64,000 nucleotides of DNA from Nitrospirota bacterium (lineage in GTDB: Bacteria > Nitrospirota > UBA9217). Location: the NCBI GenBank assembly GCA_963751455.1, contig CAVVUN010000015.1, positions 32,001-96,000 of the forward strand, read 5' to 3'. Each line of letters begins with the position of its first letter. Within the stretch, counting starts at the first letter, position 1. The notes beneath the pieces are model-generated. The model was not told the DNA's origin. It worked only from the letters and a program-made list of their open reading frames with translations, and did no database searches. A program made the translations under genes and the position numbers. This document shows positions 51,783 through 60,202 of this stretch, one piece after another.

Positions 51783-53171
51783 GGTAGCGTTGTCAAGTGG
51801 AGACCTGACAAAAGCCCCCCATTTTACGCGCATTATGCATCAAATCCGTTATAGTAATAAGCCAGCCGGACTTTCATGACATTCAGCGCTCCGGCCTCGG
51901 TCCACTTGCTCACGTTTACCCGCATATTGACCGTGCGCATGAGTCGCTCCACCTTGCTCGTGGTCTTACCGTCTAATCTCTTCTTGATCGCCGTAAACAT
52001 ATCCGGGCGGGCATTTTCAAGATAAGCGGCTGTGTGAGTATATTCTCTCTCAGCGCACCGCTTTATCAGTTCATCCAGCCGGGCCTTCTTCGAAGCGATC
52101 ATCGCGGCTATCGTCTGCTTGTCGTCTACAAACGGCCGTATCGCGCAGATTTCCATCAGCTCCACGATCACATACAACCAGTCCTCGCTCTTACGCTTCA
52201 CTTTGTCCTGCCACAACACATACTTCGCTTGATAGGGAATATGCCACAAGCAGCGCTGAACAATTATCTTCACCTTCCCCTTAAGAGCATCCAGGATGGA
52301 GGTGTCGCCGTCGGTGATTAAGGAAAACGGACGGGTGAAGCTCCCCAGAGCCTTGAGACTCTTCTTGAAAAGGTTGTCCCAGGACCCGTTATAATTCCCG
52401 ATATCAAGGCCCGCCACCCGCACGCCGCCACCCTTCTTGTACTGTATGAACGCCTTCAATTCCTTCCCGCGCTTCTTGATTCCCTTGATGCCGATCCCGG
52501 TCCCGTCAGCCTCGCCCTGGGGAAGCTCCTTTTCATCAACCTTGAACTCTATTTCCGACCCCGTCTTTTGGACAGCGCTCCAGACCGTCATCTTGTCCAC
52601 GGCCCAGCCGAACATCTTGCCGATCTTCTCCGCCACACGAAAGGTTGTCAAGGAACCCAGAAGCCCAAGCTTTCGATAAATTTCTGCCGCTATTCGCTTT
52701 TTCGGCTTCATTCCGAGCAGCTTTCGGGTGATGTAGAGCTTACTCCCACAGCGTTTGCAAACAACCTGGAGCTGCTGTAACCAGACCCATTGGTAAAAGG
52801 CATGAATCTTAGTCTTTTTCCCGTGCCGCGTCTTCCATGTGAATTCCCGATCATTGCCGCACCCGCAGGCAAAAGGCTTTTTCTTAAGAGCCATCACATG
52901 CTCGCCAAAGCCTACAAGCACTTTCTGAATGAAGTCCGTCAAAATCTGCGGCAAAAGCTCGGCAAAGGCGGCGAGTATTGATGAAAGAGAGCTGTCCTTC
53001 AAATGCACTTCAAATTGACAATCAAAACTGATGGTGATACCTTTCCTTTGTGGGGTAACACCCATATTGCCCTCCTGTTTTATGGTTAGTTTCGTCCAAA
53101 ACTATTATCCATAAAATGGAGGGCAATTTGTTGTTACTTCATGTCCAAAGTCTCTCCTTTTCTACACTACC
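51783..53171 (-). mobile_element. Insertion sequence (ISH6/ISLre2-like, Mutator-type DDE)
   Basis: Ends GGTAGCGT / ACACTACC; 8-bp target duplication AAAATATT at 51775-51782 and 53172-53179. Confidence 0.88.
51833..53065 (-). CDS. Transposase
   Basis: EADGT, ITDGD, QRCLWH, TTSKVER (DDE plus CxxH). Confidence 0.85.
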   Translation of the reverse strand: MGVTPQRKGITISFDCQFEVHLKDSSLSSILAAFAELLPQILTDFIQKVLVGFGEHVMALKKKPFACGCGNDREFTWKTRHGKKTKIHAFYQWVWLQQLQVVCKRCGSKLYITRKLLGMKPKKRIAAEIYRKLGLLGSLTTFRVAEKIGKMFGWAVDKMTVWSAVQKTGSEIEFKVDEKELPQGEADGTGIGIKGIKKRGKELKAFIQYKKGGGVRVAGLDIGNYNGSWDNLFKKSLKALGSFTRPFSLITDGDTSILDALKGKVKIIVQRCLWHIPYQAKYVLWQDKVKRKSEDWLYVIVELMEICAIRPFVDDKQTIAAMIASKKARLDELIKRCAEREYTHTAAYLENARPDMFTAIKKRLDGKTTSKVERLMRTVNMRVNVSKWTEAGALNVMKVRLAYYYNGFDA

Positions 53172-53376
53172 AAAATATTGGCTACGGCGGCTAAGAAAGC
53201 CGAGAAAGAATATAGAAGCAATACGGCCCTGACCTCCTTCGAAGCCTTCGCCGGGGACGATTTCATGACGAGACCAAGTAGGGGGGAGGTATGGGATATC
53301 CATTTCGACCCTTCCATAGGGTCTGAGATCAAGAAAAAGAGACCGGCGGTCGTCATAAGCGCGGCCCCATCGGTGC

Positions 53377-53845
53377 CGCTTGTTCAAGAGTCACTCGCAT
53401 CATGTCCGCGTCATCGGCTGTAATGAACCAAGGATAGTAGCCTGGGCTCATGTTTCTGAAGATCGGATACGCATTCTTACCGCGGAGTTTGAGGTTGAGA
53501 TTTTTGAAAATTTTCCGGTCATCCGGTTCCGTCTCTTCCCGATCGTTGAACGTGAGCTTTAGACAGTCCTGGGACAGAAAAACGTTAAAATTGTTCCCGG
53601 GGTGTTTCCGCCTCGTACAGCTTCGAATAACAGGTCAGTCCCTTCGTGCCTTTGTATACGATCAGGCCGAAAACCTCGCCGAGATTGCCGATCACGCAGC
53701 AGTAACCGATCTTGCCGGTTTTCGGATTCTGAACGCCGAAGATCAAATCATCGGTCATCCACTCCCAGGGCGCAATCTGCTTAAACTTGAAAGCAAGACC
53801 GTAAAGTTGCTTCCACTGTTCATGATCAGGTTTAGCTTCAGTCAT
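53377..53845 (-). pseudogene. Conserved hypothetical protein, frameshifted near 53600 and 3'-truncated
   Basis: APWEWM..GYCCVIG in one frame continues as QDCLKLTF..LKLRGKNAYPIFR..PGYYPWFI..LEQA in another, ending against the pemK stub. Confidence 0.65.
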
Positions 53846-54156
53846 TCATTTTTTCCTTTATCATCCTTCAACGATTCCAGATACTCCTCCCATTCCATGG
53901 GCAGCAGATATTTTTTTTTGTTGTTGCAATCCTTGCACGCGGGCACGAGGTTAGCCTGTACCGACATCCCTCCTCGCGTCACCGGGACCAAATGGTCCAT
54001 GGTAAGTTCCGCAGGCTTGAATATCTGTTCGCAGTAATAGCATTTCCCCGTAGAACGTTTTCGCTTCCACCACTGCGAAACGCGCATCTCGCGCGCCTTT
54101 GCTTTTTCGCGTTTGATGTGGGCTTCATCCACTGTAATGAAAAAATCGTCAACCAC
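53842..54156 (-). CDS. Small HNH endonuclease family protein
   Basis: CYYC, LTMDHLVP..GG, NLVPACKDCN. Confidence 0.85.
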   Translation of the reverse strand: MVDDFFITVDEAHIKREKAKAREMRVSQWWKRKRSTGKCYYCEQIFKPAELTMDHLVPVTRGGMSVQANLVPACKDCNNKKKYLLPMEWEEYLESLKDDKGKNE

Positions 54157-54252
54157 AATTTATTGTACTTTTTCCAGCCCGCCTTGTCACGCGAAAAATA
54201 TCATGGGCTGGTTCCTACCCACCCCGTAAGCACCGAAAAATTAATATTTTTC

Positions 54253-54320
54253 TTGACATTGATACACGCCAAATATATACTTTGCCCAGCAGGTGGTATG
54301 AAGTGGGAAATGGTGGGTAG
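54253..54320 (+). promoter_or_regulatory. dcw promoter with three MraZ boxes
   Basis: TTGACA-17bp-TATACT followed by GTGG(G) repeats at 10-bp spacing. Confidence 0.8.
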
Positions 54321-54335
54321 CAGTCAGGGAGAAGC

Positions 54336-54770
54336 ATGTTCCGAGGGAGTTTTGAACATACGGTTGATGCCAAGGGCCGAGTCAGCGTGCCGTCCAGGTT
54401 CCGGGAGATCATCTCCGATCGTTATGACGGCAGGCTCGTTCTTGCGATGGACTTTGACAAGTGCCTCACGGTGTATCCGCTCGAGGAATGGGAAAGGCTC
54501 GAAGAAAAAATCAAAGGCCTGCCGATGATGAAACAAGAAGTGAAGGACTTCATGCGGTTTTTCTTCTCTTCAGCGACTGAATGCGAGCTCGACAAACAGG
54601 GCAGGATCCTGATCCCGCCGTCGCATCGCGAACGTTCCGGCATCCATAAAAACGTACTGCTCGTTGGAATCATGAACAAAATAGAGATATGGGACGCAAA
54701 GGCGTGGGAGGCGCGGAATTCTCAGAACGGCGACAAAATCGGAGAGGCGCTCGCTGAGCTGGGCCTTTAA
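54336..54770 (+). CDS. mraZ: Division/cell wall cluster transcriptional repressor
   Basis: Two DxxGR motifs (DAKGRV, DKQGRI). Confidence 0.96.
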   Translation: MFRGSFEHTVDAKGRVSVPSRFREIISDRYDGRLVLAMDFDKCLTVYPLEEWERLEEKIKGLPMMKQEVKDFMRFFFSSATECELDKQGRILIPPSHRERSGIHKNVLLVGIMNKIEIWDAKAWEARNSQNGDKIGEALAELGL

Positions 54771-54771
54771 G

Positions 54772-55131
54772 ATGGAATCGAAACTGAAAGTATATCAGAT
54801 GAACCTGGAAGGCGAAATCGACGCGGCCAAGATGGCGGAGATAGACCGCGTGATAGGCCAGCTGATCAAGGGCGAGATGTACGGCCTCATCCTCAACTTC
54901 GAGACCGTCGAGCACATCCAGTTCACTATTCTTCCGATGCTCGTTGAGGAAAGGAAGCGGCTGCAGTCCTTCGGAGGCGACATACGGCTTTCCGGCATGT
55001 CGGATTATATCAAGAACATCTTCAGGACGACCGGCGTGCTCGAACAATTTCAGGTATTCGACAAGGCTCAGCAGGCAGTCAAGAGCTTCGGGGTTTCCAA
55101 GGCTGCGACCAACCTGCCGCTGGGACTGTAG
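54772..55131 (+). CDS. STAS-domain (anti-sigma-factor-antagonist-like) protein
   Basis: LEGEID, LILNF..V.HI, GGDIRL, IKNIFRTTG pattern of SpoIIAA/RsbV fold. Confidence 0.75.
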   Translation: MESKLKVYQMNLEGEIDAAKMAEIDRVIGQLIKGEMYGLILNFETVEHIQFTILPMLVEERKRLQSFGGDIRLSGMSDYIKNIFRTTGVLEQFQVFDKAQQAVKSFGVSKAATNLPLGL

Positions 55132-55132
55132 C

Positions 55133-55229
55133 AATTGCAGATTGCGGAATGCGGATTGAGAAACGAAATCATTCTCTGAGGTTTATGTATGGAACCTGAT
55201 CCGAAATCCGAAATCCGAAATCCGCAATT
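55133..55229. repeat. Palindromic mini-element with heptamer (AATCCGA/C) arms overlapping the rsmH start
   Basis: aattgcagattgcggaatgcggatt ... atccgaaatccgaaatccgaaatccgcaatt. Confidence 0.75.
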
Positions 55230-56154
55230 AGAACACGTTCCGGTTCTTCTGAGCGAGGCTGTTGACCTGCTTTCGCCTGGGCCGGGCGGTGTTTACGTGG
55301 ATGGTACGGTCGGCGCGGGCGGCCACGCCGCCGAAATACTAAAACGTTCTGCACCCGACGGCATCGTTATCGCTCTTGACCGCGATTCAGAGGCGGTCGA
55401 ACGAAGTAAAAAAAAGCTTGCTCCTTTCGGCGGCCGTGCTCTGGTGCAGCAGGCCAATTACCGGGATATCCCCGCGGTTCTTTCTGCCCTGGGGTATGAT
55501 CGTGTGGACGGCGTTCTGCTTGATCTCGGCGTATCCTGGTTTCACGTCAAATCTCCGGACCGCGGATTCAGCTTCATGCTTGAAGGGCCGCTCGATATGC
55601 GTATGGATAGAAATATCACGCAGACGGCCGCAGATCTCGTAAATACGCTCCCTGTGTATGATCTCGCGAGAATTATTCGTGAGTACGGGGAAGAGAGAAG
55701 AGCAGGCGCAATAGCAAAGGCTATAGAAAAAGCGAGGGCCCGGGAGCCTATTACAAGCACCGTCCGGCTTGCAGAAATCATTGCAAGTGTATTTCCTCCG
55801 TACCCTCCCCGGCGCATGCATCCCGCCACGCTCACATTCCAGGCCTTGCGAATTGCTATTAACGATGAAATCGAGGCCCTTCGCGAGGGACTCCGGGACA
55901 TAATTCCTGCTCTTAAAACAGGCGGCCGGATTGCGGTCATCTCGTTCCACTCACTTGAAGACCGTGTTGTAAAACAGTCGTTCGCTTTCGGGGCAAAGGG
56001 CTGCATCTGCCCGCCGAAAATGCCGATGTGCAGCTGCGGTAAAAAACCGGAGTTAAGGATTCTTACCAAGAGGCCGATTGTGGCCGGGGCTGAGGAAGTG
56101 AACAGAAATGTCGCAGCCAGGAGCGCGAAACTAAGAGCTGCCGAAAGGCTTTAG
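55189..56154 (+). CDS. rsmH: 16S rRNA m4C1402 methyltransferase
   Basis: HVPVL, GAGGH, DLGVS, PLDMRM, FHSLED, SAKLR. Confidence 0.96.
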   Translation: MEPDPKSEIRNPQLEHVPVLLSEAVDLLSPGPGGVYVDGTVGAGGHAAEILKRSAPDGIVIALDRDSEAVERSKKKLAPFGGRALVQQANYRDIPAVLSALGYDRVDGVLLDLGVSWFHVKSPDRGFSFMLEGPLDMRMDRNITQTAADLVNTLPVYDLARIIREYGEERRAGAIAKAIEKARAREPITSTVRLAEIIASVFPPYPPRRMHPATLTFQALRIAINDEIEALREGLRDIIPALKTGGRIAVISFHSLEDRVVKQSFAFGAKGCICPPKMPMCSCGKKPELRILTKRPIVAGAEEVNRNVAARSAKLRAAERL

Positions 56155-56235
56155 AATACTAAAACTTAATTTCAGCGTGAAAAAGTATTTGAATAACAAT
56201 TACAACTTTCCTTTTTCTGAAAGAAGAGTTATCGT

Positions 56236-56583
56236 ATGATGTCTAGAGTGGGCCATATGGGGTCTTTTGTACTAAACCGCACAAGGCAGGGAAATGTGCG
56301 CAAGATTTTCGCAACCCTTTTTATGGTGACCGTACTGATGCTGTACGTGGCTGGCAAGGTGAAAATCGTTCGGCTGGGCTATCAAATCGAGGCCATGGAG
56401 AGCGAGAAAAAGGAATTAGAGCGTGAGAACCGATCGCTTCGAATAGAGGCATCGAGCCTGACGGCCTCAGCGCGTATAGAAGAGATTGCTATCAACCGAC
56501 TAGGGATGATACGGCCCGCGAAAGACAATATTGTTGTTGTAAAAAGAAAAGGTGACAGGGGGAATTCAAAAACAATAAAGTGA
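56236..56583 (+). CDS. ftsL: Cell division protein FtsL-like
   Basis: Single TM + coiled coil + RIEEIA..LGM; position between rsmH and ftsI. Confidence 0.85.
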   Translation: MMSRVGHMGSFVLNRTRQGNVRKIFATLFMVTVLMLYVAGKVKIVRLGYQIEAMESEKKELERENRSLRIEASSLTASARIEEIAINRLGMIRPAKDNIVVVKRKGDRGNSKTIK

Positions 56584-56770
56584 TTTTTGCCACTGATGTA
56601 GGGAGAGGACTCGATGGACCAGGGACCAAGGAGGACGGACGAAAAGACAGGGGATGAGAGACAAGGGACAAGATTTATGAAGGACTTTCGTCCAATCATC
56701 TTGGCGAGTCCCGATTTTCATCGGGATAAATTCCGCGGACGCTCCTTATGGCAGGGGAGATGGCTGACAG

Positions 56771-58501
56771 ATGGATAAACGGGGAAGAATACTCGCCGTA
56801 TTCCTGGTGATCGGTCTTGGGTTTGGATGTGTGGCCCTGAAGCTTGTTTATCTCCAGCTCTTCCAGCGGACGGAACTGACGGAACGCGCAGAGCGGCAAC
56901 AGGAGCAGCTGGTAAAGCTCGAAGCCAAGCGGGGGACCATCTACGACCGCATGGGAAGAGAGCTTGCAGTCAGTCTTGATGTAGATTCGGTCTACGGCGT
57001 ACCTTCCCAGGTTGACAATCCCCGCGAAACAGCACAGCAGCTTTCCCGCATCCTGAATGAGAACCCGCACGTGCTTGAACGCAAGCTCGAGGGCGGTAAA
57101 CACTTTGTCTGGTTGAGCCGTAAGGTCGAACCCGCACGCGCCAGAAAAGTAAAGGAGCTCGATTCGAGCGAGATCGGCCTCAGATCGGAATCAAAACGTT
57201 TTTACCCGAAAAAGAACCTCGCCGGTCCGGTACTTGGCTTTACCGGTCTGGATAACGAAGGACTGGAAGGGCTTGAGCTCGAGTACGACAAGGAGCTCAG
57301 GGGTCTACGGGGCTGGGTGCTGGCCGAGAAGGACGCAATGGGCAGGACTGTTTTCCCGGGCGGTCCCGGGTTACAGTACAAGCTTCCGAAGCCGGGTCAT
57401 GACATTGTTTTGACGCTGGACGAAGTTATCCAGCACATCGTTGAGAAAGAGCTGAATTCGGCGATCGGGTCGGCGCGCGCGAAGGGCGGCGTCTGCATCG
57501 TGATGAATCCGAAGACAGGCGAAGTGCTTGCGCTGGCGGTCCGCGAGAACGGCCGCTCCAGCCAGGTCTTTAACCCGAATGAGCCCCGGCGCTCAAAGCC
57601 CGAAGAATGGAGAAACCGCACGGTCACGGATGCCTTTGAGCCCGGCTCGATTTTCAAGCCGATCCTGGCAGCGGCAGCGCTCGAAGAAAGGGTCGTGCAT
57701 CCTCTCGAACGGTTCGACTGCAGCGCCGGCAAGATAGAAGTCGCGGACCGGGTCATCAATGATGCCCACACGCACGGGGTGCTTTCTTTTACCGACGTCA
57801 TTGCCCAGTCGAGCAATGTGGGTACTATCAAGGTCGCGCTTCGCCTGGGCAAGGAACGCTTCTCCAGGCATATAAAGGCATTCGGCTTTGGACGCAAGAC
57901 CGGCGTGGATCTTCCGGGAGAGATTTCCGGCCTTGTGAAAGACCAGCGCCTGTGGTCGGGCGTCTCGATCGGATCAATTGCAATCGGGCAGGAGATCGGC
58001 GTCACACCGATTCAGATGGCAGCCGCATATAGCGCTCTTGCGAACGGCGGGATGCTCATGAGACCATACCTTGTCGCCGAGATCGTGGACCGCGACGGGC
58101 GAGAAGGCAGGAAATTTCAACCCCAGCCGGTCGGCAGGGCCGCAAGCGAACAGACCTGCGGCAAGCTCAACGGGATACTCCGGCGGGTAGTGGAGGCGGG
58201 AACCGGAGAAAAGGCGCGTCCCGCGGGGTATACTGCGGCCGGCAAGACCGGCACGGCGCAGAAGATAGATCAAAAGACGGGCCTGTATTCTAAAAAGGAT
58301 TATGTGAGCTCCTTTGTCGGCTTTACACCGGTACACGACCCTAAACTCGTAATTCTCGTTATGGTTGACAGTCCCGAAGGCGTCATCTATGGAGGAAGCG
58401 TGGCTGCTCCGGTTTTCAAGGCGGTGGCGGAGCAGAGTCTCGCCTACCTTCAGGTGCCGCCCGATGACGCAGGAGGCAGGATGCTCCTGGTAACACGATG
58501 A
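56771..58501 (+). CDS. ftsI: Peptidoglycan D,D-transpeptidase (PBP3)
   Basis: RGTIYDR, SIFK (SxxK), SSN, KTG. Confidence 0.93.
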   Translation: MDKRGRILAVFLVIGLGFGCVALKLVYLQLFQRTELTERAERQQEQLVKLEAKRGTIYDRMGRELAVSLDVDSVYGVPSQVDNPRETAQQLSRILNENPHVLERKLEGGKHFVWLSRKVEPARARKVKELDSSEIGLRSESKRFYPKKNLAGPVLGFTGLDNEGLEGLELEYDKELRGLRGWVLAEKDAMGRTVFPGGPGLQYKLPKPGHDIVLTLDEVIQHIVEKELNSAIGSARAKGGVCIVMNPKTGEVLALAVRENGRSSQVFNPNEPRRSKPEEWRNRTVTDAFEPGSIFKPILAAAALEERVVHPLERFDCSAGKIEVADRVINDAHTHGVLSFTDVIAQSSNVGTIKVALRLGKERFSRHIKAFGFGRKTGVDLPGEISGLVKDQRLWSGVSIGSIAIGQEIGVTPIQMAAAYSALANGGMLMRPYLVAEIVDRDGREGRKFQPQPVGRAASEQTCGKLNGILRRVVEAGTGEKARPAGYTAAGKTGTAQKIDQKTGLYSKKDYVSSFVGFTPVHDPKLVILVMVDSPEGVIYGGSVAAPVFKAVAEQSLAYLQVPPDDAGGRMLLVTR

Positions 58502-60048
58502 AACTAGGTGATTTACTATGTACACTCAAGAAACCGCCGACAGCTTCGGCCGCGGACCGGGAGGTGCTCGATATCACCCATGATTCACGAAAGGTTAAAC
58601 CCGGTTCTCTCTTCGTGGCCGTGCGAGGTTTCAACTCGGACGGCCATCTATTTGTTCCTCAGGCGGTAGAGCGGGGAGCGGTCGGCGTCGTGGCCGAGCA
58701 TGAGAGCGGCGCGGCTGAATCGGTCCCCGAGATCATCGTTGAAGATTCGCGTCGGGCGCTTGCGCTTCTCGCAAACCGGTTCTACGGCTATCCCTCGACG
58801 AAGCTTTCGCTCATCGGCGTTACCGGCACAAACGGCAAGACCACCACAACGTACCTCGTAAAATCGATCGTGCAGGCGGCCGGGCGGCTTGCGGGGCTGA
58901 TCGGGACCATCGATTACCGCATCGGGGACACGGTGTACCCGTCCCCCAATACCACGCCCGAGTCGCTGGAGCTTCAGCGTTTTTTGTCCGAGGCGGTCGG
59001 GCTTGGAGCCGAGTACTGCGTGATGGAAGTTTCGTCGCATGCCCTGGAACTCGGCAGAACGCGGGGATGTGAATTCGCGGTTGCCGCTTTTACGAACCTG
59101 ACCCAGGACCATCTGGATTTTCACGGGACAATGGACGCCTATTTCGGTTCAAAGCTCCGCCTTTTTTCAGGGCTTTCGTCGAAGGGCCGGGCTGTAGTCA
59201 ATCTCGATGACAAACGGGCGGCGGAGATCATCAACGCAACCCCGGCTTCCGTCCTCACCACCGGAATGACCAGCCGCGCCGATGTGCATCCGGACGGAGG
59301 CATTCAGCATGGCATCGAAGGCCTTCGTTTTAACGTGTCGACACCCGTCGGCATGCTGTCGGTGCAATCGCCGCTGGTGGGCCGGCATAATGTTTACAAC
59401 ATGCTGACCGCAATCGGGATCGGCATTGCCCTCGGTTTTCCGGCGGACGCGATCGCGCTCGGCATCAGGGAAATGAAGGCCGTTCCCGGCCGGATGGAAA
59501 AAGTGGACGAGGGTCAGGGTTTCGGGGTCGTGGTGGACTATGCACATACCGAAGACGCGCTCCAGCGGCTGCTTCAGGCAGCCCGCGAGATCACCGCTTC
59601 CAGAATCATCACGGTCTTCGGCTGCGGCGGCGACCGTGACCGCACAAAGCGTCCGAAAATGGGCGCCGCCGCGCTGAACGGGAGCGACATTGTCATTGTG
59701 ACGTCCGACAATCCGAGGTCCGAGGACGCGATGAGCATTATCCGGGAAATCGAGGTCGGTATGGCCAGCGATATGAAAGCGGCGTCAACCGGTCATGCAG
59801 CGAAGCATCGTGAGAAACCGTATTTTGTTATCGCTGACCGTCGCAGCGCCATAGCGGAGGCTGTTCGCATCGCGAAACCAGGGGATGTGGTGGTGCTTGC
59901 GGGAAAAGGTCATGAGGATTACCAGATAATCGGGAGCTTAAAGCTCCATTTTGACGACCGGGAAGTGGCGCGGGAAGAAATACGGAGACGCACTGCGGAA
60001 TGCGGAGTTCCCTCAACCGGTCCCTCTCCCGGGAGGGAGAGGGGCTAG
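58498..60048 (+). CDS. murE: UDP-MurNAc-dipeptide:meso-DAP ligase
   Basis: GTNGKTT, DYAHT, DNPR, AGKGHE. Confidence 0.95.
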   Translation: MKLGDLLCTLKKPPTASAADREVLDITHDSRKVKPGSLFVAVRGFNSDGHLFVPQAVERGAVGVVAEHESGAAESVPEIIVEDSRRALALLANRFYGYPSTKLSLIGVTGTNGKTTTTYLVKSIVQAAGRLAGLIGTIDYRIGDTVYPSPNTTPESLELQRFLSEAVGLGAEYCVMEVSSHALELGRTRGCEFAVAAFTNLTQDHLDFHGTMDAYFGSKLRLFSGLSSKGRAVVNLDDKRAAEIINATPASVLTTGMTSRADVHPDGGIQHGIEGLRFNVSTPVGMLSVQSPLVGRHNVYNMLTAIGIGIALGFPADAIALGIREMKAVPGRMEKVDEGQGFGVVVDYAHTEDALQRLLQAAREITASRIITVFGCGGDRDRTKRPKMGAAALNGSDIVIVTSDNPRSEDAMSIIREIEVGMASDMKAASTGHAAKHREKPYFVIADRRSAIAEAVRIAKPGDVVVLAGKGHEDYQIIGSLKLHFDDREVAREEIRRRTAECGVPSTGPSPGRERG

Positions 60049-60200
60049 TGGACACTCTGCACTCGCGTAGACACACTCGTCATCGCTGGGTGCAGGCAAG
60101 GATAATTCTATCTCGGATTGCGCATTGCGGAGTAGAACCTGGAAAGGCGGCATCGAAGCCTTTTCATAATCCGCATTCCGAAATTCGAAATCCGAAATTG
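59995..60200. repeat. Compound repeat cluster between murE and murF
   Basis: Heptamer arms (gcggaatgcgg / ccgcattccgaaattcgaaatccgaaat), a CCCTC..GAGGG hairpin at 60010-60043 and a CTGCACTCGCG element at 60057-60097. Confidence 0.7.
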
Positions 60201-60202
60201 AT

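Larger units (their letters stand above)
51718..53368 (+). pseudogene. Antitoxin gene split by an IS, followed by a truncated PemK/MazF toxin
   Basis: MKKAKSAVDIIKLPKEERAKI|IS|LATAAKKAEKEY...; then MTRPSRGEVWDIHFDPSIGSEIKKKRPAVVIS, after which similarity ends. Confidence 0.75.

Noticed and set aside
48250-53400. Integron cassette array explaining the TA cluster
   Set aside because: No convincing attC sites (paired RYYYAAC/GTTRRRY ends) between modules and no integron integrase in the window.
53842-54156. HNH protein as an IscB/Cas9-like or island effector
   Set aside because: Only 104 aa, with no RuvC segments and no adjacent structured RNA; resembles a small stand-alone HNH protein.
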